Shown here in pieces: positions 55,327-64,000 of a stretch of DNA of 64,000 nucleotides; position 1 is the first letter of the stretch; every line of letters begins with the position of its first letter. This DNA comes from an uncultured candidatus Brocadiaceae bacterium. Lineage in GTDB: Bacteria; Planctomycetota; UBA1135; UBA2386. The stretch covers positions 6,775 to 70,774 of the forward strand of contig CAYQMF010000014.1 of assembly GCA_964418595.1 (NCBI GenBank), in the 5' to 3' direction. A program made the position numbers and the translations under genes. Under the pieces are notes generated by a model that saw only the letters and a list, made by a program, of their open reading frames with translations, did not search any database and was not told the DNA's origin.

Positions 55327-55896
55327 ATGAAGATCCTCGCCACCCTCGCGGCCGGCATCCTCCTCGCCGCCCTCCCCGGCCAGAACACCAACGAGAACGC
55401 GCCGACCTCGACCGCGTCGCTCGCCTTCGACAAGGAGCACGAGCTGACGGTCGCCCACCGGTCGTTCACGATCGCGGGCGGCAACTGGCTGCGCCAGCTC
55501 AACGACCGCGGCCAGACGGGCAAGCAGGCGCGCAAGTTCTACAACGAGCAGTACATCACCAACTACCTGCGCGGCTCGCTCAAGGTCAGCAAGGACGTCG
55601 AGCTGGGCGGCAACCCGTTGAGCGCCGGCACCTACAAGCTCACCTTCCGCATCGACGAAGACCTCGTGTGGCACCTCGTGGTGCTCACCGAGAAGGGTGA
55701 CCAGGAGATCTGTGCGATCGCCATGGTCACCGACCGGGACGACAAGACCGCCAACTCGCGGCTCTCGATCACGCCGGTCGCGGCCGCGGAGGGCAAGCAG
55801 GGGACGCTCGCCATCCACTTCGGCCCGCTCCGGTCCGAGGTCGCCTTCAAGCTGGGCAAGCCGCCGGCCAAGGCCGCCCCCGCGAAGAAGGGCTAG
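55327..55896 (+). CDS. Secreted hypothetical protein (DUF2911-like)
   Basis: Signal peptide ending LPGQ; DVELGGNPLSAGTYKL...W.LVV. Confidence 0.55.
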   Translation: MKILATLAAGILLAALPGQNTNENAPTSTASLAFDKEHELTVAHRSFTIAGGNWLRQLNDRGQTGKQARKFYNEQYITNYLRGSLKVSKDVELGGNPLSAGTYKLTFRIDEDLVWHLVVLTEKGDQEICAIAMVTDRDDKTANSRLSITPVAAAEGKQGTLAIHFGPLRSEVAFKLGKPPAKAAPAKKG

Positions 55897-55972
55897 GCGA
55901 GCGCAGGCGCCGGCGTCCAGGGAACGACACGCCGGCGAACCTGCGGGCGACTGCTCCGTTATCCTGCGCCTG

Positions 55973-57331
55973 ATGGGTCCCCCCCCCGACATCCGCGGCA
56001 GGCTCCTTCCGATCGGCGACAACGCCCGTATCGCCATCATGGGCGTGCTGCTGGCGGCGATCGTCTACTTCGTCTTCTTCCACGAGAGCAAGTCCGGCGC
56101 CGGCGACGTGTCGCCGGTGATCGTCGAGACCCCCTACGTTCCCACGCTCGACGCCGCCATCCTGCGGATGGCGAAGGACAGCACGCGCAACGAGAGGATC
56201 CCGGTCGAGCGCGAGCCGCTGACCCACCTGCTCGAGAAGTCGCTGCAGGTGGTTCCCGCGATCACCAGGCATCTCGGCATGCCCGACGTGCCCGTGCCCT
56301 TCGATGTCCTGCGCGCCGACCCACAGCGCTTCCGGGGCCGCTACCTCTGGTACAAGGGTGAGCTCGAAGCGCTGTCCGAGCCCACCGATGGGCACCCCGT
56401 CCGCGGCTACAGGATCCACGAGGCGCGCATCAAGACCGAATCGGGTGAGCGCGTGCTCTGCCACTTCTCGGTCCCGCCCAAGGACGTCGCGGTCGGCGAG
56501 TGGGTGCGGGCCGAAGGCTTCTTCCTCAAGCTGCGCGACGCGCACTTCCCCGTCGCGCTCGACCAGGCCCCGCTCCTGGTCGGGCCGGAGCTGCACCGGG
56601 CCTATCCGGACTGGAAGGCGGTGGAGACCCTGGATCCGGGCGTGCTCGGCACCCTGCGCGACGGCGTGATCGAGAACGGCATCGACGTCGATCTGCAGGA
56701 CGCCCCTCAGCGCCTCCCCTTCGCGCAGGACGTGCCGCTGTGGCACCTCGCGAGCTACGCGACCCAACAGCTCGACAAGGCCACACCCGGGCAATCCGAT
56801 GCCACGCCGGTGTTCGCCGAAAAGGAACAGTGGAGCGACATCTACAACGGCCGCATGGCGCGCGGGACGCCATTCAAGCTGTACGGGATCTTCCTGCGCG
56901 CGCACGTGATCGCGGCACGCGCCAACCCGCTCGGCATCGAGTACTGGTCGGAGGTGTGGCTGCTCAACCGCGCGTTCGGCACGCGCCCCTTCGCGGTGTG
57001 GCTGCCGTACAACGTCGGCGAGTGGCGGCATTCGGACACCGCCACCGCGACCGGGTACTTCCTCAAGCGCTACGTGGTGCCCGGCAGCACCGGCGAACCG
57101 CACTTCTCGCCGGTCTTCGTCGCCGGCCAGCTCGACCGCGTCGACTTCTCCCCGACCAGGACGATGCGCACGGTCGGTCTGATCCTGTGCGTCGCGGCCG
57201 GCCTCCTCGCCGCGGGCCTCTTCCTCGTCAACCGGAGCGAACGCCGCGGCTCCGCCCGCCATGCGACCGAGATGACGGAGCGCCGCCGCAAGCGCCGGCT
57301 GCGGGGCAAGGACCTCGCGCCGACCTCGTGA
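55973..57331 (+). CDS. Membrane-anchored hypothetical protein (N- and C-terminal TM, possible OB-fold repeats)
   Basis: TM near each end; two similar segments (GRYLWYKG...EGFFLK and GTPFKLYG...TGYFLKRY). Confidence 0.65.
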   Translation: MGPPPDIRGRLLPIGDNARIAIMGVLLAAIVYFVFFHESKSGAGDVSPVIVETPYVPTLDAAILRMAKDSTRNERIPVEREPLTHLLEKSLQVVPAITRHLGMPDVPVPFDVLRADPQRFRGRYLWYKGELEALSEPTDGHPVRGYRIHEARIKTESGERVLCHFSVPPKDVAVGEWVRAEGFFLKLRDAHFPVALDQAPLLVGPELHRAYPDWKAVETLDPGVLGTLRDGVIENGIDVDLQDAPQRLPFAQDVPLWHLASYATQQLDKATPGQSDATPVFAEKEQWSDIYNGRMARGTPFKLYGIFLRAHVIAARANPLGIEYWSEVWLLNRAFGTRPFAVWLPYNVGEWRHSDTATATGYFLKRYVVPGSTGEPHFSPVFVAGQLDRVDFSPTRTMRTVGLILCVAAGLLAAGLFLVNRSERRGSARHATEMTERRRKRRLRGKDLAPTS

Positions 57332-58389
57332 TCGCGCTCCGCTGCGCGCCACCCGACGCACCAGCCACCGACGTCCTGGTCGGCGTCGACCTGCGGGATC
57401 CCGTCGCGCCGGCGCTCGCTGCGCTCGGCCCGTCGAGCCGGTGGACCGCGGTGGTCGATCGCCGCGTCGGCGAGTTGCACCCGACGCGGATCGGGAGGAC
57501 GCCGGCGATCGTCACCATCGACGGCGGCGAAGCGGCCAAGTCGTTCGCGATCCTCGAGCACATCCTGCGCGAGTTCGCCCGGCGCGAACTCGACCGGAGC
57601 GCGGGCGTGATCGCGATCGGAGGCGGCACGGTCGGCGACATCGCCGGCCTCGCCGCGGCGCTGTATGCGCGGGGGCTCGACCTCGTGCAGGTTCCCACCA
57701 CCCTGCTGGCGATGGTCGACTCCTCCGTCGGCGGCAAGACCGCGCTCAACCTCCCGGAGGGCAAGAACCTGGCGGGTGCCTTCCACCCCGCGCGGCTCGT
57801 CCTCATCGATCCTGGCTTCCTCGCCACTCTGCCCGATCGCGAGTACCGCTCGGGCCTCGGCGAGTTGCTGAAGGTCGGGCTGGGGTTGTCGCGCGAGCTG
57901 TGGGATCTGCTCGCCAGCGCCCGACCGGCGATCCTCGCCCGCGACCCAGCGACGCTGACCCGCGCCATCACGCTCGCCATCGGCGCCAAGATCGCGGTGG
58001 TGGAGGCCGACCTGCGCGAGCACGGGCCGCGGCGCAGACTCAACCTCGGCCACACGCTCGCGCACGCCCTCGAAGCGGCATCGGGCTGGCAGATCGCGCA
58101 CGGTCTCGCGGTGGCGCGCGGCCTGCACTTCGCCCTGCACGTCGCCGGCCGCCACGGCGGCATGGACGCGGCCACGGCCAAAGCCGCCGGCGCGGTACTC
58201 GAGGCCTATGGATTCCCGGCCGACCCGATCCCGCCGGCCGCGGAACTGATGCCCTACCTCCGCCGCGACAAGAAGGCCACCGGTACGTGCCTGCGCTTCG
58301 TGGTGCCCACTGGACCCGGTGCCAGCGAGGTCATCGATCTGCCCTGGTCGGCACTCGAGGATCTGCTCGCCGACGCGCCTACAACGTGA
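57328..58389 (+). CDS. aroB: 3-dehydroquinate synthase
   Basis: GGEAAKS, GGGTVGDIAGLAA, PTTLLAMVDSSVGGKT, LNLGHTLAHALE, HGLAV, RDKK. Confidence 0.93.
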   Translation: MIALRCAPPDAPATDVLVGVDLRDPVAPALAALGPSSRWTAVVDRRVGELHPTRIGRTPAIVTIDGGEAAKSFAILEHILREFARRELDRSAGVIAIGGGTVGDIAGLAAALYARGLDLVQVPTTLLAMVDSSVGGKTALNLPEGKNLAGAFHPARLVLIDPGFLATLPDREYRSGLGELLKVGLGLSRELWDLLASARPAILARDPATLTRAITLAIGAKIAVVEADLREHGPRRRLNLGHTLAHALEAASGWQIAHGLAVARGLHFALHVAGRHGGMDAATAKAAGAVLEAYGFPADPIPPAAELMPYLRRDKKATGTCLRFVVPTGPGASEVIDLPWSALEDLLADAPTT

Positions 58390-59728
58390 GCGCGTTCGTG
58401 CAGCCCGCGGGGAGCGCCGCGAGGCACATCGCCTGCAGCCGGCGGCGCACTTCCGGATCGGCCTCGGAGGTGAGTACGTACAGCTTCCACAGGCGCGGGT
58501 AGCTGGTCTCGAGATCGCGCACGCGCGGAACCTGGTCGGCGAACATCGAGAGCGGCAGGATCCGCTCGCCGCTCCCGGGCAGACGGACCAGCGTGCGCGC
58601 CTCCTTCAACTGCATGCGGCGGGCGGGGCAGTACATGATCACGTCCAGTTCGCGTCCGAACTCGACCTTCGCACGGGCCTCGAGGTCCGCCTCCCACGCG
58701 AACCGCGCCTCCGGCGCGCCCGGCGTGAAGTAGCTGGAGAGCAGCGTCGGCTGCACGCCCGAATTCAGGTACGCGGGCAGCACCAGCACCCGCTTGGGAA
58801 GCTGCCGGCGTCCGAAGCGGGCCACGAACCGGCGCAGCCGCGCCGTCGCACGTGGCTCGCCGAGGTCGGCCCGCGCCAGGCCGTCGAGCAGGGATTGATC
58901 CGTGGCCCGCTGCAGGCCCGCGGCGTCGAGCGCGCCGGCGCGCATCGCGACCTCGACCATGCGCGCGAGCAGCGCACCGGCCGCGATCTTGGCGTGGTGG
59001 TAGTAGACCCGCTCGGAGAAGTGGTAGCGCGTCTCCAGCATGCGCACGACCTCGGACATCACGTCCTCGCGCAGCATCCCGGCCTTCTCGCAGTCGACGA
59101 ACATGCGCCCGCTCGCCCGATCGACGGCGAAGTAGTTGAGGACGCGCTGGTCGTAGCGCAGCTCGAGCCCGGTGTAGTAGGCGTCGCGCCGCAGGTAGTC
59201 CATCAGGTCCGCGTCGATGGTGTCGGACAGCACCTGACTGAAGAACCCGGGCTGCCCCGCGTCGACGCCCTGCAGGACCGCGAGCACGGCGGAACGCAGA
59301 CCGAGGCGTTCGAGGACCGCTCCCACCTCCGTGCCGGTGAGCATGGCGGCGAAGCGCTCGGGATGGTCGTGGCGCGGCAGCAGGCCGGTCTGGTCCTCGA
59401 TGTTGTGCCCGAACGGGATGTGCGTGATGTCGTGCAGCAACGCGGCCACGCGCAACACGCGCCGCTCTGCCGACTCGATGCGCCGGTACAGCGAAGGCGC
59501 GCGCTGCGCGTTGCGATCCATCGCGGTGAGCAGCCGATCGGCCATGTGCAGCGTGCCGATCGAGTGCTCGAAGCGCGTGTGCGTCGCACCCGGAAAGACC
59601 AGGTACGACGTGCCCAGTTGCCGGATCCCACGCAGCCGCTGGAACTCGGGCGTGTCGATGACCGCGATCTCCTCGGCGGTCAGCTCGATGTCGCCGTGCA
59701 CCGGATCGCGCAGCGTGGTGGTCTTCAT
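58379..59728 (-). CDS. HD-domain phosphohydrolase (dNTP triphosphohydrolase-like)
   Basis: RDPVHGDI, EFQRLRGIRQLG, HTRFEHSIG, LLHDITH, DADLMDYLRRD, VYYHH. Confidence 0.9.
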   Translation of the reverse strand: MKTTTLRDPVHGDIELTAEEIAVIDTPEFQRLRGIRQLGTSYLVFPGATHTRFEHSIGTLHMADRLLTAMDRNAQRAPSLYRRIESAERRVLRVAALLHDITHIPFGHNIEDQTGLLPRHDHPERFAAMLTGTEVGAVLERLGLRSAVLAVLQGVDAGQPGFFSQVLSDTIDADLMDYLRRDAYYTGLELRYDQRVLNYFAVDRASGRMFVDCEKAGMLREDVMSEVVRMLETRYHFSERVYYHHAKIAAGALLARMVEVAMRAGALDAAGLQRATDQSLLDGLARADLGEPRATARLRRFVARFGRRQLPKRVLVLPAYLNSGVQPTLLSSYFTPGAPEARFAWEADLEARAKVEFGRELDVIMYCPARRMQLKEARTLVRLPGSGERILPLSMFADQVPRVRDLETSYPRLWKLYVLTSEADPEVRRRLQAMCLAALPAGCTNALTL

Positions 59729-59998
59729 CGGGCCGCGATCATCGCCGCGCCCCGGGTCCCCAACCCTGCGAATTGTGCGGCGCGCGTGCGAAGAACGAGG
59801 CCGACCGGCGCAGGGCACCGACCGGCCTCGCACACACACATCGAGAGAACTGGCCCCGCGCCCAGCGGGGCCGATCGAAGAAGAACAGCGACGAACTCTA
59901 CCCCGCGCCCTGGCCCGTGGCTGTCGCTAGGCGCGGCACGACCCGCTCCCGCCGATGGCACCGCGCGCGATCCGATCCCGGCGCGGGACGAAGCCCGG

Positions 59999-61534
59999 TC
60001 AGCGCGGCAGCGCGACCACCACGTCGCCCAGCACGGCGACATCGCGCTGCGTCGTCATGCGCACGCCGTCGTTGCCTTCGACGCGCACCGTCACGTCCGC
60101 GAGCACCCACTCGCGCAGCGGGATGTGGAACGGCACGCCCCCACCCCAACGCACCAGGGGCCGCGGCGCGCGGCCGACCTCGGCGATGCGCAGGTCGTAG
60201 CGTCCGACGGGCGCGGTCAGTTCGAGCCGTGGCGCCACCGGTCCGGGCAGCGTGGGCAGCCGCAGGTCCAGATGGAGGTCGCCGGTTTCTGCATGCACGT
60301 CCATCTCCGCCACCGCGCACCCGCCGGCACCGACGAAGACCTTCCCCGCCGAGGCACCATGCCAGCGCGCCAGCGAGAATCTGCCTGCCGCGTCGGCGAC
60401 CACCACCCCGCTCGCGCCGCGGTAGGCCGGCGCCGGCAGCGCAAGCTGCGCGCCCGCGGGACGCTCGCTCGCCGTGAACGCATCGCCGGCGCTGGCGATG
60501 AGCGCGCCCGCGCGACCCTCGCCGGCGGCATCCAGGATCCGCCCGCTCAAACGCGGACCGGCCGCGGCGTCGACCCACACGTCGGTGGGACGCGTCCGGG
60601 TCACGGCACTGGGGATGGACTTCTGCGCGAGGCCGGCGTGGTCGAGAACCACGCGCAGGCGCACATCGAGCGGCAGGTCTTCCAGCAGCGCGATGCCGCG
60701 CTCGCTCATCGGCACGCCGGCGTCGACGGCCTGCAGGAAGTACGGGTACTGCGCCTCGTCGCTCGTGGTCGGGTCCCCGGCCGGCAGGACGTACGCGCGC
60801 GGCGGGCCGCCGGCCGACGCCAGCGACCCGAGCAGCCGCACCCGCAGGGTCGCGGCTGGGCGCAGGACCATGCGCAGGTCGTCGACCGAGGTCTTCGCAT
60901 CGAGGACGAGGGCCGTGGATGCGAAGCCCGGCGCGCGCACCGCGATGGCGAGTCCCGCACCCGCCCACGTGGTGACCGCGAACCGGCCGTCTGCGTCCGA
61001 ACGCACTTCCTCGCCGGCGACCCAGACGCGGGCGCCGGCCACCGCCCGTCCATCGCCGTCGACCACGGAGCCCGACACGGACACGTCGCCGCCGAGATGT
61101 ACTTCGACCGCCTCGGGATCGCGGAGCGTGATCAGACGCGACGTGCGCCGGCCGGCCAGCTCGACCGTCACGAGCTGCTGGTCGCCCGTACGCGCCGCAT
61201 CGCCGAAGGCCCACGTCGACGAGCCGCCGATCCAGGTCAACTTGGCACCAGCCACCTCCGCATCGCCGAAGAAGACGCGACATGGCGGCAGCGTGCGCGG
61301 TGGCCGCAGGCGCGCGCGCGGGCTGATCGCAACCGTGACCGCGAGGAGCGGCGCGCTCTCCGCCGCCGCCTCCGTCGTAGCGCCGCCGAGGTCACCGACC
61401 ACGGCCGCATCCCCCGGGAACGCGAACGCCACGTCGGGGCGGGCGGCGGCGAGGGTGACTCCCTGGTAGGCGGCGAGCCCGGCGAGGAGCAGGGCCACCC
61501 CCACCAGGAGCCGATGGGACGGTGCTTGGGGCAT
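59999..61534 (-). CDS. Membrane-anchored protein with carboxypeptidase-regulatory-like beta repeats
   Basis: N-terminal TM; SGSVVDGDGRAVAGARV...SDADGRF; LSGRILDAAGEG...ADAAGRF. Confidence 0.7.
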   Translation of the reverse strand: MPQAPSHRLLVGVALLLAGLAAYQGVTLAAARPDVAFAFPGDAAVVGDLGGATTEAAAESAPLLAVTVAISPRARLRPPRTLPPCRVFFGDAEVAGAKLTWIGGSSTWAFGDAARTGDQQLVTVELAGRRTSRLITLRDPEAVEVHLGGDVSVSGSVVDGDGRAVAGARVWVAGEEVRSDADGRFAVTTWAGAGLAIAVRAPGFASTALVLDAKTSVDDLRMVLRPAATLRVRLLGSLASAGGPPRAYVLPAGDPTTSDEAQYPYFLQAVDAGVPMSERGIALLEDLPLDVRLRVVLDHAGLAQKSIPSAVTRTRPTDVWVDAAAGPRLSGRILDAAGEGRAGALIASAGDAFTASERPAGAQLALPAPAYRGASGVVVADAAGRFSLARWHGASAGKVFVGAGGCAVAEMDVHAETGDLHLDLRLPTLPGPVAPRLELTAPVGRYDLRIAEVGRAPRPLVRWGGGVPFHIPLREWVLADVTVRVEGNDGVRMTTQRDVAVLGDVVVALPR

Positions 61535-61630
61535 GCGGGGGACGGAGAAGGATAGCCCCATCGCGCGCCCGGGTTACGCACGAGCGTCCCATCCTGGGCT
61601 GCACGGGCCACGCGGGCTCGCGCGGCGCGC

Positions 61631-61839
61631 AAGACTGACGGTGAGGCTCCCTTGCCGTGGATTCCTCCACTGCGGGGCCGAGTGGCCCTGCGAGCCCAGA
61701 CCATGCCATCGCAAGCGGCCCCGTCCGTTCGTCTCGTCAGCGACGACATCACCTCGGAAAGCACGACTCCCGGTGCGGCCGCCGGCGGCGATGAGTCGGC
61801 GCGGCGGTTGGCGCTTCGGGAAGGGAGCCGCACAATCTT
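61631..61839. ncRNA. Candidate structured RNA element (about 209 nt), family unassigned
   Basis: Closing stem GGCTCCCTT (61645-53)/AAGGGAGCC (61821-29) with flanking pairs; inner hairpins GTGGA/TCCAC and GCGGGGCCG/CGGCCCCGT. Confidence 0.35.
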
Positions 61840-61852
61840 CGTCCGAACCAAC

Positions 61853-62947
61853 GTGCTCCGCGTCGCCCTCGACTACCGCCCCGCGCTGCTCACCTCGAGC
61901 GGGATCGGTCGCGCCGTCCGCGAACTGGCCGCCGCGCTGGCCGCCCGCGCCGAACTCGAGGTCCACCTGTACGGGCACGGCCTCGCGCGCGCCCGCGTGC
62001 TGGCGGCGCCCGACAACGCCCGGCTGCACCGGCTGCCGGTGCCGGGTCGGAGCCTGCCCTGGCTCGCGCGCATCGGCATGGGCGCCGACCGCCTGTGCGG
62101 GCGACCCGCGGTCTTCCACTGGACCGACTACGTACAGCCGCCGGTGAACGACGCGACCCCCGTGCTGACCGTGCACGACCTCGCGTTCGCGGAAGACGAG
62201 ACGCTGCATGGCCGGCGGCAGAGCAGGATCCTCCTGGCGCGGACCCGGCTGGCGGCCTCGCGCGCGGCGCTCATCCTCACCCCCACCCAGGCAACCGCGC
62301 GCGCCGTCGAGACCCACCTCGGCATCGAAACATCGCGGATCCGCGTCATCCCGTTCGGCGCCGACCACGTGCCCGCGGCGAAGCACGGTGCCCACCCGCT
62401 GGGCGGCGCGGACTACGTCCTGCAGGTCGGCACGCTCGAGCCTCGCAAGAACCACCTGCGCCTGTTGCGCGCGTGGCGACAACTGCCGCCCCCGCGCCCG
62501 CGCCTCGTCGTGATCGGGCGCCCCGGCTGGCTGTGCGACGACATCGTGCGGGCGCTGCGCGGCACGCACAAGGAAGGTGTGCGCTGGATCCCGTCGGCCG
62601 ACGACGCGACGCTGTGGCGCTACATGGCGCACGCCCGCGCACTCGTCTATCCCTCGCTCCTCGAGGGGTTCGGCTTCCCGCCGATCGAGGCCATGGCGCT
62701 GGGCGTGCCGGTGCTCGCCGCCGACATCGCCGCGCTGCGCGAGGTGCTCGGCGAAGCCGCGGTGTTCGCAGCACCGACCGACATCGACGCGTTGCGCGAC
62801 GGCCTCGAACGCGTCGTCGGCGACGAGGCGCAACGACGCACGTGCGTGGCGGCGGGGCGGGTGCGCGCGCGCGCCTACGCGTGGGACGAGTGCGCGAGGG
62901 CCCACGCCGCGGCGTACCGCGCCGCGTGCCCCGGGGCGGACGCGTGA
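61853..62947 (+). CDS. Glycosyltransferase family 4
   Basis: SGIGRAV, LTVHDL, VGTLEPRKNH, YPSLLEGFGFPPIEAMALG; TTGGCG-N17-CACAAT promoter-like sequence upstream. Confidence 0.92.
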   Translation: MLRVALDYRPALLTSSGIGRAVRELAAALAARAELEVHLYGHGLARARVLAAPDNARLHRLPVPGRSLPWLARIGMGADRLCGRPAVFHWTDYVQPPVNDATPVLTVHDLAFAEDETLHGRRQSRILLARTRLAASRAALILTPTQATARAVETHLGIETSRIRVIPFGADHVPAAKHGAHPLGGADYVLQVGTLEPRKNHLRLLRAWRQLPPPRPRLVVIGRPGWLCDDIVRALRGTHKEGVRWIPSADDATLWRYMAHARALVYPSLLEGFGFPPIEAMALGVPVLAADIAALREVLGEAAVFAAPTDIDALRDGLERVVGDEAQRRTCVAAGRVRARAYAWDECARAHAAAYRAACPGADA

Positions 62948-64000
62948 CCGCGACGATCGCGTTCGACGGCAGCGTGCTGGCGGCGGGACCGATCACGGGC
63001 GTCGGCCGGGCCTTCTTGCACACCCTGCGCGCCTTCGCCGAAGGGCCGGAGCACTGCGTGCTGCTGCTGCCCGCGGCCGTGCGCGCCACGATCGCCGCGG
63101 TGGTCGGCGACCGCGTCGAGATCCGCGCCGCGGCGGGCACCGCGCTCGAGAAGCAGTTCACCTGGCCACGCCTCCTCCGCGACCTGCAAGCCGATCTGCT
63201 CCACGCGCCCGTCGCCGCCATCCCGCTGCGCCTGCCCTGCCCCGCGGTGATCACCGTGCACGACCTGCCGTGGCGCTCCGTCACGCCCTTGCCGCGCGGC
63301 GACGGCCAGGGCCTGCGTCACCGCGCGGCCATCCGCCTCCTCGCGCCGCGCGCGGCAGCGATCGTCGTGCCGTCGCACACGACCGCCTCGGCCCTCTGCG
63401 CGGAGTTGCGCGCCGACGTGCGCGCGCGCGTGCACGTCGTCCCGCACGGCGTGCCGTCCCTGTCGCCGTTGCCGCTCGCGGAGTTGGACGGCGGACTCCT
63501 GTGTCTCGGCGACGATCGCCCGCGCAAGAACCGCGCGGCCGTCGGCCTGGCCCACGCGCGCGCGCGCGACGTGCCGCCACTGCGCTTCGTCGGCCCGCCC
63601 GGCGACTACCTGCCGGAGGACGGCAAGACCGCGCTCCTGCGCCGGGCGCGCGGCCTCGTGCACTTCGCGCTGCACGAGGGCTTCGGCATGCCAGTGCTCG
63701 AGGCGATGGCCGCGGGCGTGCCGGTCGCGTGCAGCGATCGCGGCAGCCTCGCCGAACTCGGCGCCGATGGCGCCGCGCTGCTCGCCGACCCGACCGACAT
63801 CGCGGCGATGACCGCGGCGATCGAGCGCCTGTGTCACGACGGCGACCTGCGCGTGCGCCTGCGGGCCGCGGGCCTCGCCCGCGCCGCGACGCTGACGCCG
63901 GCGCGTGCCGCGGCGAGTTGGCGCGCGATCCACGCGCGCGTCCGCCGGGGTGGGAACGCAGAGCACAACCTCACGGCCGACGGCGCGCCGCGCGCGACGC
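62944..64000 (+). CDS. Glycosyltransferase family 4, partial (runs off the window)
   Basis: GTGA overlap with the previous stop; TGVGRAF, ITVHDL, RPRKN, HEGFGMPVLEAMAAG; no stop before 64000. Confidence 0.9.
   Translation, partial: MTATIAFDGSVLAAGPITGVGRAFLHTLRAFAEGPEHCVLLLPAAVRATIAAVVGDRVEIRAAAGTALEKQFTWPRLLRDLQADLLHAPVAAIPLRLPCPAVITVHDLPWRSVTPLPRGDGQGLRHRAAIRLLAPRAAAIVVPSHTTASALCAELRADVRARVHVVPHGVPSLSPLPLAELDGGLLCLGDDRPRKNRAAVGLAHARARDVPPLRFVGPPGDYLPEDGKTALLRRARGLVHFALHEGFGMPVLEAMAAGVPVACSDRGSLAELGADGAALLADPTDIAAMTAAIERLCHDGDLRVRLRAAGLARAATLTPARAAASWRAIHARVRRGGNAEHNLTADGAPRAT

Noticed and set aside
61633-61670. ZMP/ZTP riboswitch (GACTGACGG...GTGGA..CCAC resemblance)
   Set aside because: No downstream CCG.CCG.CTGGG pseudoknot segment, and the adjacent gene is a glycosyltransferase rather than a purine/folate gene.
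31-63966. Most long overlapping ORFs in the six-frame track
   Set aside because: Shadow ORFs of GC-rich DNA: Arg/Ala/Pro-rich, no motifs, and antisense or off-frame to genes with clear family signatures.
1-64000. tRNA (including tRNA-Sec), rRNA, selABD or transposase genes
   Set aside because: None recognised by eye, so the Sec machinery needed for the top finding is not shown in this window.

Overview
GC-rich bacterial window, probably an uncultured Planctomycetota. This is an inference from the Ser/Thr kinase-FGE plus ECF sigma pairing, the many secreted proteins cleaved at 'AQ', and a WGxLP...YR..YEAY C-terminal motif. It is mostly housekeeping and cell-envelope genes: queF, GT9/GT2/GT-C/GT4 glycosyltransferases, nth, gabD, an STT3-like protein, addB/addA-like genes, FIST, a RluA-family synthase, rpsU, recD2, an M3 peptidase, rarA, TrmH, gluQ, rsgA, folC, aroB and an HD hydrolase. 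I found no rRNA, tRNA, CRISPR array or intact mobile element. The best lead is at 40041-40745 (-): a secreted coiled-coil/Gln-rich protein that the ORF track splits in two is really one frame with a single in-frame UGA. That UGA is followed by a hairpin whose GGUC apex sits at the same offset as in the E. coli fdhF SECIS, making it a candidate new selenoprotein. It lies head-to-head with a secreted TlpA-like thioredoxin carrying CxxS. Other anomalies are a triple deletion scar (permease/C45 peptidase/gabT), a CLC channel broken at CTAGCTAG, a 38-bp promoter-like direct repeat, a REP-like tandem repeat after an extended bS21, a ~209-nt structured intergenic element, an SSUH2-like protein and an STT3-like protein with PWELG in place of WWDYG. 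Start codons were refined by eye. All family calls come from motif recognition, not database searches.
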